This document shows positions 50,490 through 64,000 of a DNA stretch of 64,000 nucleotides, in pieces; positions within the stretch are counted from its first letter, which is position 1; every line of letters begins with the position of its first letter. Origin of the DNA: Octopus sinensis (Eukaryota); the NCBI RefSeq assembly GCF_006345805.1, contig NC_042997.1:14942001-15006000 (forward strand). Direction: 5' to 3'. A program made the translations under genes and the position numbers. The notes under the pieces were generated by a model that worked only from the letters and a program-made list of their open reading frames with translations, ran no database searches and was not told the origin of the DNA.

Positions 50490-51112
50490 TTGTGAAGACC
50501 TGTTGAGGCAAGTGAAAATCAAATCAAATCAAAACAAATCAAAATAGATGAGCATAAATGGAATTTGTATCTTTGTGGTACCAGTGCCGGTGGCACACAA
50601 GAAAATCATCCGAACGTGGCCGTAGCCAGTACCGCATAGACTGGCCTCCGTGCTTTGGGGACGTAACAAACACCATCCGATCGTGGCCGTCCGCCAGCCT
50701 CATCTGGCACCTGTGTCGGTGGCACATAAAAACACCATCCGAGCGTGGCCGTCTGCCAGCCTCGTCTGGCACCTGCCAGCCTCATCTGGCACCTGTGTGG
50801 TGGCACATAAAAACACCATCCGAGCGTGGCCGTCTGCCAGCCTCGTCTGGCACCTGTGTCGGTGGCACTACATAAAAACACCATCCGAGCGTGGCCGTTC
50901 GCCAGCCTCGTCTGGCACCTGTGTCGGTGGCACATAAAATCACCCACTACACTCGGAGTGGTTGGCGTTAGGAAGGGCATCCAGCTGTAGAAACACTGCC
51001 AGATCTGACTGGCCTGGTGCAGCCTTCGGGCTCCCCAGACCCCAGTTGAACCGTCCAACCCATGCTAGCATGGAAAACGGACGCTAAATGATGATGATGA
51101 TGATGATGATGA
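50490..51112 (+). mobile_element. RTE ORF end plus complete 3'UTR with 5-6 tandem ~62-bp hairpin units
   Basis: CTTGTGAAGACCTGTTGAGGCAAGTGA (ORF-end-like), (AAATC)n, repeated ACATAAAAACACCATCCGAGCGTGGCCGTCTGCCAGCCTCGTCTGGCACC, (GAT)n tail. Confidence 0.85.
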
Positions 51113-51390
51113 TATATGTATGTATATACACACACATATATATATATATATATGTATGTATATACACACACATATATACATATATATATTTAGACATATG
51201 TATATATATAATTATATTTTGGTATATACATATTTAGATATGTAAATTTATATATATATTTATATAAATTTATATATGTATATTTTTTTAGCCATTTTAT
51301 ACATATAAATGTATATATTTAGATACATGTAAATATATTTATTTATAAATGTATATCATCATCATCATCATCATCATCATATTCAGTTAT

Positions 51391-51621
51391 TTTGACCACG
51401 GCCATGCTGGAGCACCGCCTTTAGTCGAGCGAATCAACACCGGGACTTATTCTTTGTAACCCAGTACTTATTCTATCGGTCCCTTTTGCCGAACCGAGTA
51501 CTTATTCTATCGGTCCCTTTTGCTGAACCGCTAAGTGATGGGGGACGTAAACACACCAGCATCGGTTGTCAAGCAATGCTAGGGGGACAAACACGCACAT
51601 GCACACACAACACACACACAC

Positions 51622-51684
<63 letters not shown>

Positions 51685-51730
51685 CGACAGGCTTCTTTCA
51701 GTTTCCGTCTACCAAATCCACTCACAAAGC
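51391..51730 (-). mobile_element. SINE family A lacking its head, with an internal ~34-bp duplication
   Basis: AGTACTTATTCTATCGGTCCCTTTTGCYGAACCG occurs twice. Confidence 0.85.
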
Positions 51731-51865
51731 AGAGGAGACGGAAAGAAGAGTTGCTCCATCCAACTCTATATCTTAGCAAAAACAATATCGGAAACAACAC
51801 CAAGTAACTACAGGTGGTGCACCAGTATGACCTGAGCCCTGGGCTGAAACCAGTAAAAGATAAAA
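51731..51865 (+). mobile_element. 3' end of a CR1-like LINE
   Basis: ETERRVAPSNSIS* parallels QMRVSTSNSFLHQ at 60.9 kb. Tail GGTGGTGCACCAGTATGACC...CTGAAACCAGTAAAAGA. Confidence 0.65.
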
Positions 51866-51931
51866 TATATATATATATATATGTACACATATATATATAT
51901 AATACACACACACACATACATAGTATAAAAT

Positions 51932-52472
51932 TAACAGCGGACCTTGAAGCAATCCTGTGAAGTTTCACAAAGCAGATCGTCTCTATTGCAACATATCAGC
52001 TACTGAAAGAAGCTGAAACAGCTAAGACTCTACTCCCTGGAGCGAAGATAGAAGAAATATGCAGTAATATACATGTGGAAGGAATTGTGCCAAATTTTAG
52101 AATTAAAAGCTACGCGAATGCCTGAACGGGTCGACACTACACAGTGCCAAAGATCCCAGCAATGCCATCATGCTTCACTACCAGTTACTGCCTCAGACTG
52201 GGTCTCGGCAGCCCACAGCTTTTGAATATTCGCCCAAAGACCCTGAGGGACCTACACAAAGTGGATGTGTTTTCAAATCAAAACTGGATCTCTTCCTGTC
52301 GAGAGAACACAATGAACCTACCTCACGGCAAGAGTTGAAGATAAGGGCAGTGACATCAAATTCCCTTTATTTACCAAATGCCATGTAGTAGAGGAGGCTT
52401 TCAATGATAAGGGTGATGCAAAACAGCACAGTCCCAGCATGGCCACAACTCTGAGCGGAAGCCAGAAGAAAG
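51932..52472 (+). mobile_element. CR1-like LINE 3' fragment
   Basis: LKQLRLYSLERR, VPKIPAMPSCF, FKSKLDLFLS. Homologous to 60790-61330. Confidence 0.85.
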
Positions 52473-52479
52473 ATATATA

Positions 52480-52590
52480 AGAGTACATGTATAAATCTTT
52501 CACGTTTCGAGACTGCACTCTTCAACATAGAAGAACGCAAAAAAATAAAACAAAGAGAGAATAAACAAAGATTTAGTGGCTAGCGATCAT
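52480..52590 (-). mobile_element. Penelope-like terminal-repeat fragment with a hammerhead-like core
   Basis: Minus strand TTGAAGA-G-TGCAGTCT-C-GAAAC (52525-52504). Stem I is not intact. Confidence 0.4.
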
Positions 52591-52610
52591 TCATTGTGTG
52601 TGTATGTATA

Positions 52611-52648
<38 letters not shown>

Positions 52649-53135
52649 TATGTATGTATATGTGCATATACACATATGTATATGTATGTATGTATATGTG
52701 CATATACACATATCTTGTATGTATATGTGCATATACACATATGTATATGTATGTATATGTGCATATACACATATGTATATGTATGTATGTATATGTGCAT
52801 ATACACATGTATATGTATGTATGTATATGTGCATATACACATGTATATGTATGTATATGTGCATATACACATATGTATATGTATGTATATATATATATAC
52901 ATGTGTATGTATGTATATATATGTGCATATACACATATATATACATATATGTATGTATATATATGTGCATATACACATATGTATATATATACATAAATAT
53001 AGATACATATGTATATATATATATGTGTTTGTCTATATGTACGTATATATACATATGTAAATATATATATGTATATATATATATATATATGTGTGTGTGT
53101 GCATATATGTATGTATATATACATATGAATATATA
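52585..53135. repeat. TA/TG compound array with a ~28-32-bp unit around GTGCATATACAC
   Basis: Direct inspection. Confidence 0.9.
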
Positions 53136-53138
53136 TGT

Positions 53139-53423
53139 GTGGAGGCGCAATGGCCCAGTGGTTAGGGTAGCGGACTTGTGGTTGTAGGATCGCGGTTTCG
53201 ATTCCCAGACCGCGCGTTGTGAGTGTTTATTGAGCGAAAAACACCTAAAGCTCCATGAGGCTCCAGCAGGGGGTGGTGGCGAACCCTGCCGTACTCTTTC
53301 GCCACAACTTTCTCCCACTTTTTCTTCTGTTGGCCTGCTCGCTTAGCCAGCGGGGTGGCGTTATTTGAAGGCTAAAACAATGCGAAGCGCAGCAACATCT
53401 GATAGTCTGGTCGGTCACGTTGA
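53139..53423 (+). mobile_element. SINE family C, young
   Basis: GTGGAGGCGCAATGGCCCAGTGGTTAGGGTAGCGG...GGTTTCGATTCCCAGACC; CpGs retained. Confidence 0.9.
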
Positions 53424-53745
53424 TATATATATGTATGCATATATGTATATATATGTATTATATATTTGCATATATGTATACATATGTATATATATATGCA
53501 TATATGTATGTATATATGCATATATGTAATATATATGCATAGATGTATATATATATGCATATATGTATATATATATGTATATATATGTATATATGTATAT
53601 ATATATATGTATATATATGTAATATATATGTATATATATATGTATATATATGTATATATATATACATATATGTATATATATATGTATATATATGTATATA
53701 TATATATATATATGTATATATATGTATATATATATACATATATGT

Positions 53746-53779
<34 letters not shown>

Positions 53780-54646
53780 ATATAATATGTATATATATAT
53801 ACATATATGTATATATATGTATATACTATGTTATATATATAATACATATATGTTATATATATGTATATGTATATATATATGTATATATATGTATAATATA
53901 TATACATATATGTAATATATATACCATTATGTATATATATATACATATATGTATTATATGTATAATATATATGCATATATATGTATATATATATACATAT
54001 ATGTATATATATATACTATATATGTATATATGTATATATATATGCATATATATATATATATATATGCATATATGTATATATATACATATATGTATAATAT
54101 ATATACATATATGATATATATATACATATATGTATATATATATGTATGCATATATATATATGTTATATCAGTATGCATATATATATATGTATACATATGT
54201 ATGCATATATATATATGTATGCATATATATATATAAGTATACATATGTATGTATATGTATATATATGTATGCATATATATATATATGTATGGATATATAT
54301 ATATATATGTATATTATATGTATGTATATATGTATGTATATATGTATGTATATGTATGTATGTATGTATATATATGTATGTATATGTATATATATGTATG
54401 TATATATGTATGTATATGTATGTATGTATGTATATATGTATGTATATGTATATATGTATGTATATGTATATATGTATGTATATGTATATATATGTATGTA
54501 TATGTATATGTATATATGTATGTGTATATATGTATGTATATGTATATATGTATGTATATGTATATATGTATGTATATGTATATATGTATGTATGTATATG
54601 TATATATGTATGTATGTATATATATATATGTATATATGTATGTATG

Positions 54647-54680
<34 letters not shown>

Positions 54681-54914
54681 TGTATGTATGTATATGTATG
54701 TATGTATGTATATATATGTATGTATGTATGTATATATATGTATGTATGTATGTATATATATATATGTATGTATGTATATATATATATATGTATGTATGTA
54801 TATATATATATATGTATGTATGTATATATATATGTATGTATATATATATATGTATGTATGTATATATATATATGTATGTATGTATGTATATATATGTATA
54901 TATATATATGTATG

Positions 54915-54974
<60 letters not shown>

Positions 54975-55287
54975 TATGTATGTATATATATATGTATCAT
55001 ATATATATATATGTATCATGTGTATATATATATGTTTATATGTATGTATGTATATATATATTATGTATGTATGTATGTATATATATATATGTATGTATGT
55101 ATGTATGTATATATATATATGTATGTATGTATGTATGTATATATATATATGTATGTATGTATGTATAATGTATGTATGTATGTATGTATATGTATGTATA
55201 TATGTATGTATGTATATATATGTATATATGTATGTATGTATATATATATATGTATATATGTATGTATGTATATATATATATGTATGT

Positions 55288-55325
<38 letters not shown>

Positions 55326-55330
55326 GTATG

Positions 55331-55413
<83 letters not shown>

Positions 55414-55538
55414 GTATGTATGTATATATATGTATGTATATATGTATGTATGTATATATATATATGTATGTATATATGTATGTATGTATATATATATATA
55501 TGTATGTATGTATGTATGTATATATATATATGTATGTA

Positions 55539-55582
<44 letters not shown>

Positions 55583-55826
55583 GTATATATATGTATGATA
55601 TATATATCTATGTAATAATAATATGTATGTATATATATGTATGTATATAATATATGTATGTATATATATGTATGTATGTATTGTATGTATGTATATGTAT
55701 GTATGTATGTATATATATATATGTGTGTATGTATATATTGTATGTATGTATATATATGTATATGTATGTATATATATGTATGTATGTATGTATATATATG
55801 TATGTATGTATGTATATATATGTATG

Positions 55827-55858
<32 letters not shown>

Positions 55859-56616
55859 TATATGTATATATGTATGTATATATGTATGTATGTACATATG
55901 TATGTATGTACATATGTATGTATGTACATATGTATGTATGTACATATGTATGTATGTATATATGTATGTATGTACATATGTATGTATGTATATATGTATG
56001 TATGTACATATGTATGTATGTATATATGTATGTATGTACATATGTATGTATGTACATATGTATGTATGTATATATGTATGTATGTACATATGTATGTATG
56101 TATATATATATATGTATATGTATGTGTATATATGTATGTATATATATATGTGTATATATGTATGTATATATATATATGTATATATGTATGTAGTATGTAT
56201 ATATGTATGTATGTACATATGTATGTATGTATATATATATGTATATATGTATGTGTATATATGTATGTATATATAATATGTATATATGTATGTATATATA
56301 TATATGTATATATGTATGTATATATTATATATATATATATAGTATGTATGTATATATGTATGTATGTATGTATGTTATGTATGTATGTATGTATGTATAT
56401 GTATGTATGTATGTATATATATGTATGTATGTATGTATATATATGTATGTATGTATGTATATATATATATGTATGTATGTATATATATATATGTATGTAT
56501 GTATATATGTAAATATATGTATGTATGTATATATATATGTATGTATATATATATATGTATGTATGTATATAATATATGTATGTATGTATGTATATATATG
56601 TATATATATATGTATG

Positions 56617-56647
<31 letters not shown>

Positions 56648-56698
56648 GTGTATGTATATATATGTATGTATATATATATATATGTATGTATATATATA

Positions 56699-56729
<31 letters not shown>

Positions 56730-57033
56730 TATATATATGTTATATGTATGTATGTATATATATATATGTATGTATGTATGTATGTATATATATATGTATG
56801 TATGTATGTAGTATATATATATATAGTATGTATGTATGTATGTATATATATATATGTATGTATGTATGTATATGTATGTATGTATGTATGTATATGGATG
56901 TATATATGTATGTATGTATATATATGTATATATGTATGTATGTATATATATATATGTATATATGAGTGTATATATATATATGTATTATGTTATATAATAT
57001 GTATGTATATATATGTATGTATTATGTATGTAT

Positions 57034-57078
<45 letters not shown>

Positions 57079-57349
57079 GTATAATATGTATGTAATATAT
57101 GTATGTATATATGTATGTATGTATATTATATATGTATGTATATATGTATGTATGTATATATATAATATGTATGTATATATGTATGTATGTATATATATAT
57201 ATATGTATGTCTGTATGTATGTATATATATATATATGTATGTATATATATGTAGGTTATAGTATGTATCTATATGTATGTATATGTATATATATGTATGT
57301 ATATATATATATGTATGTATATATATAATATGTATGATATATATGTATG

Positions 57350-57383
<34 letters not shown>

Positions 57384-58022
57384 GTATATGTATTATGTAT
57401 ATGTATGTATGTATGTATATATATATATGTATGTATGTATATCATATGTATGTATATATATGTATGTATGTATGTATATATATGTATGTATGTATGTATA
57501 TATATGTATGTATGTATGTATATATATGATGTATGTATGTATATATATGTATGATATATATATATATGTATATATGTATTAATATGTATGTATGACATAT
57601 TGTATGTATGTACATATGTATGTATGTACATATGTATGTATGTACTATGTATGTATGTATATATGTATGTATGTACATATGTATGTATGTATATATGTAT
57701 GTATGTACATATGTATGTATGTATATATGTATGTATGTACATATGTATGTATGTACATATGATGTATGTATATATGTATGTATGTACATATGTATGTATG
57801 TAATATATATATGTAATATGTATGTGATATATGTATATATATATGTGTATATATGTATGTATATATATATATGTATATATGTATGTATGTATGTATATAT
57901 GTATGTATGTACATATGTGTATGTATGTATATATATATATGTATATATGTATGTGTATATATGTATGTATATTATATATATGTATATATGTATGTATATA
58001 TATATATATGTATATATGTATG

Positions 58023-58059
<37 letters not shown>

Positions 58060-59130
58060 ATATATATACATATGTATGTATATATATGTTTGTACATATG
58101 TATGTATATATATGTATGTATGTACATATGTATGTATATGTATGTATGTACATATGTATGTATATATATGTATGTACATATGTATGTATATATATGTATG
58201 TATGTACATATGTATGTATATATATGTATGTACATATGTATGTATATGTATGTATGTACATATGTATGTATATGTATGTATGTACATATGTATGTATATG
58301 TATGTATGTACATATGTATGTAATATATATACGTACATATGTATGTATATATATACGTACATATGTATGTATATATATACATATGTATGTATATATGTAC
58401 ATATGTATATATATACATATGTATGTATATATGTACATATGTGTATATATACATATGTATGTATATATGTACATATGTATATATATATATATATGTATGT
58501 ATATATACATGTGTATGTATATGTATATATATATATATATGTATGTATATATACATATGTATGTATATGTATATATGTACATATGTATGTATATGTATAT
58601 ATGTACATATGTATGTATATGTATATATGTACATATGTGTGTATGTATATATACATATGTATGTGTATATGTATGTATATATATATTATGTACATATGTG
58701 TATATATATATATATATATATATGTGTATATATGTATGTATATATATATGTACATATGTGTATATATATATATGTATGCATATATACATATGTATGTATA
58801 TATACATATGTATGTATATATGTATGTATATATATATGTATGTATATACATATGTATGTATATATATATATATATCTATGTATATATATGTATGTATATA
58901 TTATATATATGTATATATATGTATATATATGTATATATATATATGTATATATATATATGTTGTATATATATATATATATGTATATATATGTATATGTATA
59001 TGTATATATATGTATATATATATATATGTATATGTATATATATGTATATATATATATGTATGTATATGTATATATATGGATATATATATATGTATATATA
59101 TGTATGTATATATATATATATGTATGTTGT

Positions 59131-59161
<31 letters not shown>

Positions 59162-59654
59162 GTATATATATGTATATATTGAGATTATATATATATGTAT
59201 ATATATGTATATGTATATATATGTATATGTATATATATGTATATGTATATATATGTATATGTATATATATGTATATGTATATATATGTATATGTATATAG
59301 TATATGTATATATATGTATATATATATATGTAATATATGTATATATATGTATATATATATGTATATATATGTATATATATATGTTATATATCATGTATAT
59401 ATAGTATATGTATATATATGTATATGTATATATATGTATATATATATATGTATATATATGTATATATATGTATATATATATGTATATATATATGTATATA
59501 ATATATGTATATATATATATGTATATATATGTATATGTATATATATATGTATAATATGTATATTATATATGTATATATATGTATATTATATATATGTATT
59601 ATATGTATATATAGATATATGTTGTATATATATATATATGTATATTATATATTG

Positions 59655-59704
<50 letters not shown>

Positions 59705-60090
59705 TGTATATAATATATATGTATATATATATATTGTATATATAATATGTATGTATATATATATATGTATGTATATATATATATGTAGTATGTATATATT
59801 GTATATATATTGTATGTATATTATATAATGTATATTATATATATGTATGTATATATACATATGTATGTAATATATGTATATATATATATGTATGTATATA
59901 TATATGTATGTATATATACATTGTATGTATATATATATGTATATATATATGTATTATATATATATGTAGTATAGATATATGTATGTATGTATGTATATAT
60001 ACATATGTATGTATATATATATGTATGTATATATACATATGTATGTATATATGTATGTATATATATATACATATGTATATATATGTATGT
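53424..60090. repeat. ~6.7-kb uninterrupted (TA)n/(TATG)n/(TACA) compound array
   Basis: Direct inspection. Source of the long YI/VCM-rich spurious ORFs. Confidence 0.97.
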
Positions 60091-60295
60091 GTGTGTGTCT
60101 GTGTTTGTTCCCCTAGCATTGCTTGACAACCGATGCTGGTGTGTTTACGTCCCCGTCATCTAGCGGTTCGGCAAAAAGAGACCGATAGAATAAGTACTGG
60201 GCTCACAAAAAGAATAAGTCCCAGGGTCCAGTTGCTCGACTAAAGGCGGTGCTCCAGCATGGCCGCAGTCAAATGACTGAAACAAGTAAAAGAGT
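60091..60295 (+). mobile_element. 3' half of SINE family A, starting at its internal microsatellite
   Basis: Reverse complement of 296-520. Confidence 0.9.
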
Positions 60296-60466
60296 ATATA
60301 TATATGCATGTATATGTGTATATATATGTATGTGTGTATATATGTATATATATATGCGTGTATATATATATATATGTATCAATGTATATCTATATATTTG
60401 TATGTGTATATGATTGTGTATTTATACGTATGTATCTATATGCATGTATGTTTCTGTGTATATACA

Positions 60467-60501
<35 letters not shown>

Positions 60502-60666
60502 ATATTATATATCTGTATCTATATGTGTGTGAGCGTGTGTGTATGTATATATATATATATATATGTTCATGTACATATGTGTATACGTATATATATGTGT
60601 GTATGTATTTGTGTGTATGTTTGCATATATGTGTGTGTCTATATGTTTTCCTATATGTATAATATA

Positions 60667-60714
<48 letters not shown>

Positions 60715-60760
60715 GCTATAGATATGTATGAATATGTGTGTGTGTATGTATATATATTAT
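60296..60760. repeat. TA/TG simple repeat
   Basis: Direct inspection. Confidence 0.9.
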
Positions 60761-60789
60761 TTTCTCTCTTTCTGTAGTTTCTTTCTTTT

Positions 60790-61728
60790 TTCTTATGCAC
60801 TGCCATTTTGCTACACTGTTATTACTGAGAGCCTCCTCCAATATGTGGCACTTGGTGAAGAAAGGAGTTTGATGTACTTACCCTCATTTGCACTTCTTGC
60901 CGTGAGGTAGGTTCGTGTGGCACTTTCGAAAGGAAAAGGTTCAGCTTTGATTTAAAAACGCCTACATCTACTTTGTGCAGGTTCCTCAAGCTCTTTGGAA
61001 GAGTATTAAAAAGCTGTGGGCCCCTGAAACCCAGGCTGTTGCAGTAACTGATCCTGAAGCATGATGGCGCTGCTGGGATCTTTGGCACTATGAAGTGTCG
61101 TCCCGTCCGTTCTGGGTTTGGTGTAGCTTTCAGTGCCAAAATTTGGCACAATTCCTTCCAGGATCTTCCAGATGTATATTTCTGTGTACTTCTCCTGCCT
61201 TCTCTCCAGGGAGTGGAGTCTTAGCTGTTTCAGCCTTTCCCAGTTGTTGAGCATTTGCAAAGAGACAGTCTTCTCTGGATTGCTTCAAGGTCCGCTGTTA
61301 ATTTCACACTGGTGGGTGACCATAGCTGTGAGCAGTAATCCAGGCAGCTGATGACGAATGTTCTCAGGATCCTTCCAGCCACTCATCTGCACTTTGTTGC
61401 CATTCTGGTAATGTGCACTTGGAAAGAGGTATCTTTACTCATGTCAGTACCCAGGTCCCTCACTGAGTTAGGCTCTGGGATTGAAATTCCCTGTGGACCA
61501 GTGTACCCTGTAAGTTTCATATTCAGTTTTGGATGCTGGTAGCGCAGGGCTTGGAATTTTTCAGCATTAAACTGCATATTATCCTCAGCCCATCTGTAAA
61601 TTGAGTCCAACTCCTGCTGCAGGTGTGCAACATCGCTGGGCTTCTGTATTTTCTGCGAGACTTTCGTATCATCTGCATAGCTTGTAAGGGTGGCTATCCG
61701 GGCACTGGGGGACGTATCTGAGAGGGCC
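60790..61728 (-). mobile_element. 5'-truncated CR1-like LINE (RT C-half, decayed)
   Basis: SYADDTKV...LQQELDSIYRWAEDNMQFNAEKF, VRDLG, WERLKQLRLHSLERR, GPQLFNTLP, FKSKL. Confidence 0.9.
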
Positions 61729-62360
61729 ATATACATATGTGTATATATGTATGTTTATATATGTATGTATACATATATATGTGTATATATATGTATATAT
61801 GTATGTATACATATATATGTGTATATATATGTATATATGTATGTTTATATATGTATGTATACATATATATGTGTGTGTATATATATATATATATTATATA
61901 TGTATATATGTGTGTGTATATATGTGTGTGTGTATATATATGTGTGTGTGTGTATATATATATGTGTGTGTATGTATATATATGTATATATATATATAAA
62001 TGTATGTATATATGTATGCATATATACATATCTATGTGTGTTTGTGTGTATATATATATGTATGTATGTGTGTGTATATATATATGTATGTATGTGTGTG
62101 TATATGTGTGTGTGTGTATATATATATATGTATGTATGTGTGTGTATGTGTGTGTGTGTATATATATATATGTGTATACATGTGTATGTATATGTACATA
62201 TGTATACATGTGTGTGTACATATATATGTATATATATATATATATGTACATATGTATACGTGTATGTATATATGCATATATAAGTATATATATGTGTTTA
62301 TATATTTGTGCATATATATGTATATATATTTGTGTGTGTATGTATATATATATATGTGTC

Positions 62361-62398
<38 letters not shown>
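61729..62398. repeat. TA/TG simple repeat
   Basis: Direct inspection. Confidence 0.9.
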
Positions 62399-62404
<6 letters not shown>

Positions 62405-62697
62405 TACCTTTGGAGGTTTTTATTCCCATGCTGGCCACCTGATAAGATTGGTATTTAAATGTCGATCTTATCCTTATCTATCTATGTATGTATATATATA
62501 TGTATATAAAATATCTCATAGCAAAAATTTATTTAAATAAATCATACGTAACCTTGCAATGTAGATTTAGTTTTAGCTATATAGATATATTAAATGTACT
62601 ATTTATCATCAACTCTATAATCCTGATATATTTATGAATAAACTTAGTTTTATCATAAAAAGAAAATATTTCCTTTTCATTCTGTAGGACTAGAAAA

Positions 62698-62921
62698 ATG
62701 GCAGATTCAATGCCTTCTGATTTCAACGAGGATCAAGACAGTGCAAGTGGTTCGTTACCATGTGATCTACAAAAAGGTTATGCCATTGAAATCCTTTGTC
62801 TCGACGGGAAAAGTGTTCCCGATCACTTCAAATGTCCTGTGTGCCATCTTATTTTTAGGGACCCAATTCAAAGAATGTGTGGTCATCGCTTTTGCAAAAA
62901 TTGTTTTGAAGGATTACCTCA
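62698..62921 (+). CDS. First coding exon of a TRAF-family RING (C3HC4) protein; exon 62688-62921, gene continues beyond the window
   Basis: GY-x-CPVC-x11-CGHRFCKNC. Acceptor tccttttcattctgtag at 62687, AAAATGG start, donor CA|GTAAGT in phase 2. Paralogue not assignable. Confidence 0.85.
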
Positions 62922-63519
62922 GTAAGTATACTGGTTTTACTTTAATTTTATTTCAGTATTTTTTTTTTTTTTTCGCTTATGTTCAGCTCCTATGATACAC
63001 TAATACATTGTATCAAATACAATTCTTGTCATCAGCAAAAATAGAATCAATAGATTTTTATGCTTGTATTACAGTCATTTCTAATGATGTTATCAAGTAC
63101 TATACATTATGAAGTTTTTTATGCAGTGAAAAACTGCTGGAACTTGTATGACCAAAATCACAATGGTCTGAAATGTATTACAATCTCAGTCTAAATACAT
63201 TACATGTTGGTACCAAGTTCAAACTCTATGATTATCAGCTTTGACTTTCTTGCTGTGACCATCCTGTATTCTGTTTTGTAGGCATAGCATATCTTGGACA
63301 TTATCCACTATGATTTAAAGATAGTTAATGAGTTGAGGGTGATTTAACTACTGTTTCTACAAAACTGAACAGTTGTTCAGAAGCTCCCTCATTGTTGTGA
63401 TAAAATAAGTATTAATAATATACTTATGTCAATTCAGTTATGCATTCCATATTTATTTGTATATATGTACTTTTCCCCAGATTTTTTTACCTAAAATTTA
63501 GGATGTATGTATAGGATTT

Positions 63520-63855
63520 GTGAAGGCGCATGGCTCAGTGGTTAGAGCGTCGAGCTTACGATCGTGAGGTTGTGAGTTCAAATCCCAGATTGGGCTGCGT
63601 GTTGTTTTCTTGAGCAAGACACTTTATTTCACGTTGCTCTAGTTCACTCAGCTGTAGAAATGAGTTGCGACGTCACAGGTGCCAAGCTGTATCGGCCTTT
63701 GCCTTTCCCTTGGATAACACTGGTGGCGTGGTGAGGAGAGGCTGGTATGCATGGGCGACTGCTGGTCTTCTGTAAACAACTTTGCCCGGACTTGTGCCTG
63801 GGAGGGTAACTTTCTAGGTGCAATCCCATGGTCAGTCATGACTGAAGGGGGTCTC
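63520..63855 (+). mobile_element. tRNA-derived SINE with Meta-like domain and a tail different from family D at 10677
   Basis: Shares CTTGAGCAAGACACTTTATTTCACGTTGCTC...ACTCAGCTG, then an unrelated 3' half. Confidence 0.85.
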
Positions 63856-64000
63856 CGCAGCATACATAGGATTTATGTTACTACTTATTTTCCCAGTTCC
63901 ATATACAAAGCTATATTCAAGAGGCATAAGTTGTAACTTAATGTCCAATCCAAATTGTATAAAAAGGGAGTTTAAATCATTATAATAATGTTACATTTTT

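Noticed and set aside
50640-50940. CRISPR-like array of palindromic repeats
   Set aside because: Units are contiguous with no unique spacers, sit inside an RTE 3'UTR, and the context is eukaryotic.
45297-62540. Dozens of long ORFs (up to 524 aa) rich in Y, I, M, C, V, H and T
   Set aside because: They are translations of (TA)n, (TATG)n and (TACA)n repeats, which rarely contain stop codons in some frames.

Overview
Eukaryotic, AT-rich genomic DNA. The tRNA-derived SINE families, RTE and CR1 LINE remnants, non-autonomous Helitrons and multi-kb (TA)/(TATG) arrays point to an octopus or another coleoid cephalopod (inferred, not confirmed). Four genes are supportable. (1) The last short intron and terminal exon of an unidentified plus-strand gene (1-219). 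(2) An unidentified minus-strand gene with a candidate start exon MEENQ at 24851-24837 and several candidate 12-31 nt micro-exons across 2-14 kb. (3) A four-exon, 647-aa TEX14-like pseudokinase (26268-30683) assembled from in-phase GT-AG junctions; it appears to lack ankyrin repeats and the GPPxxxY motif, and lies head-to-head with gene 2. (4) The first coding exon of a TRAF-family RING protein (62698-62921). The window has three compositional zones: CpG-poor and retroposon-rich (0-24 kb), CpG-retaining with few young retroposons (about 24.4-44.3 kb), and CpG-poor and dominated by simple repeats (44.3-64 kb). Nearly all ORFs in the supplied track beyond 45 kb are microsatellite artefacts. Family assignments are from recalled motifs; no database search was run.
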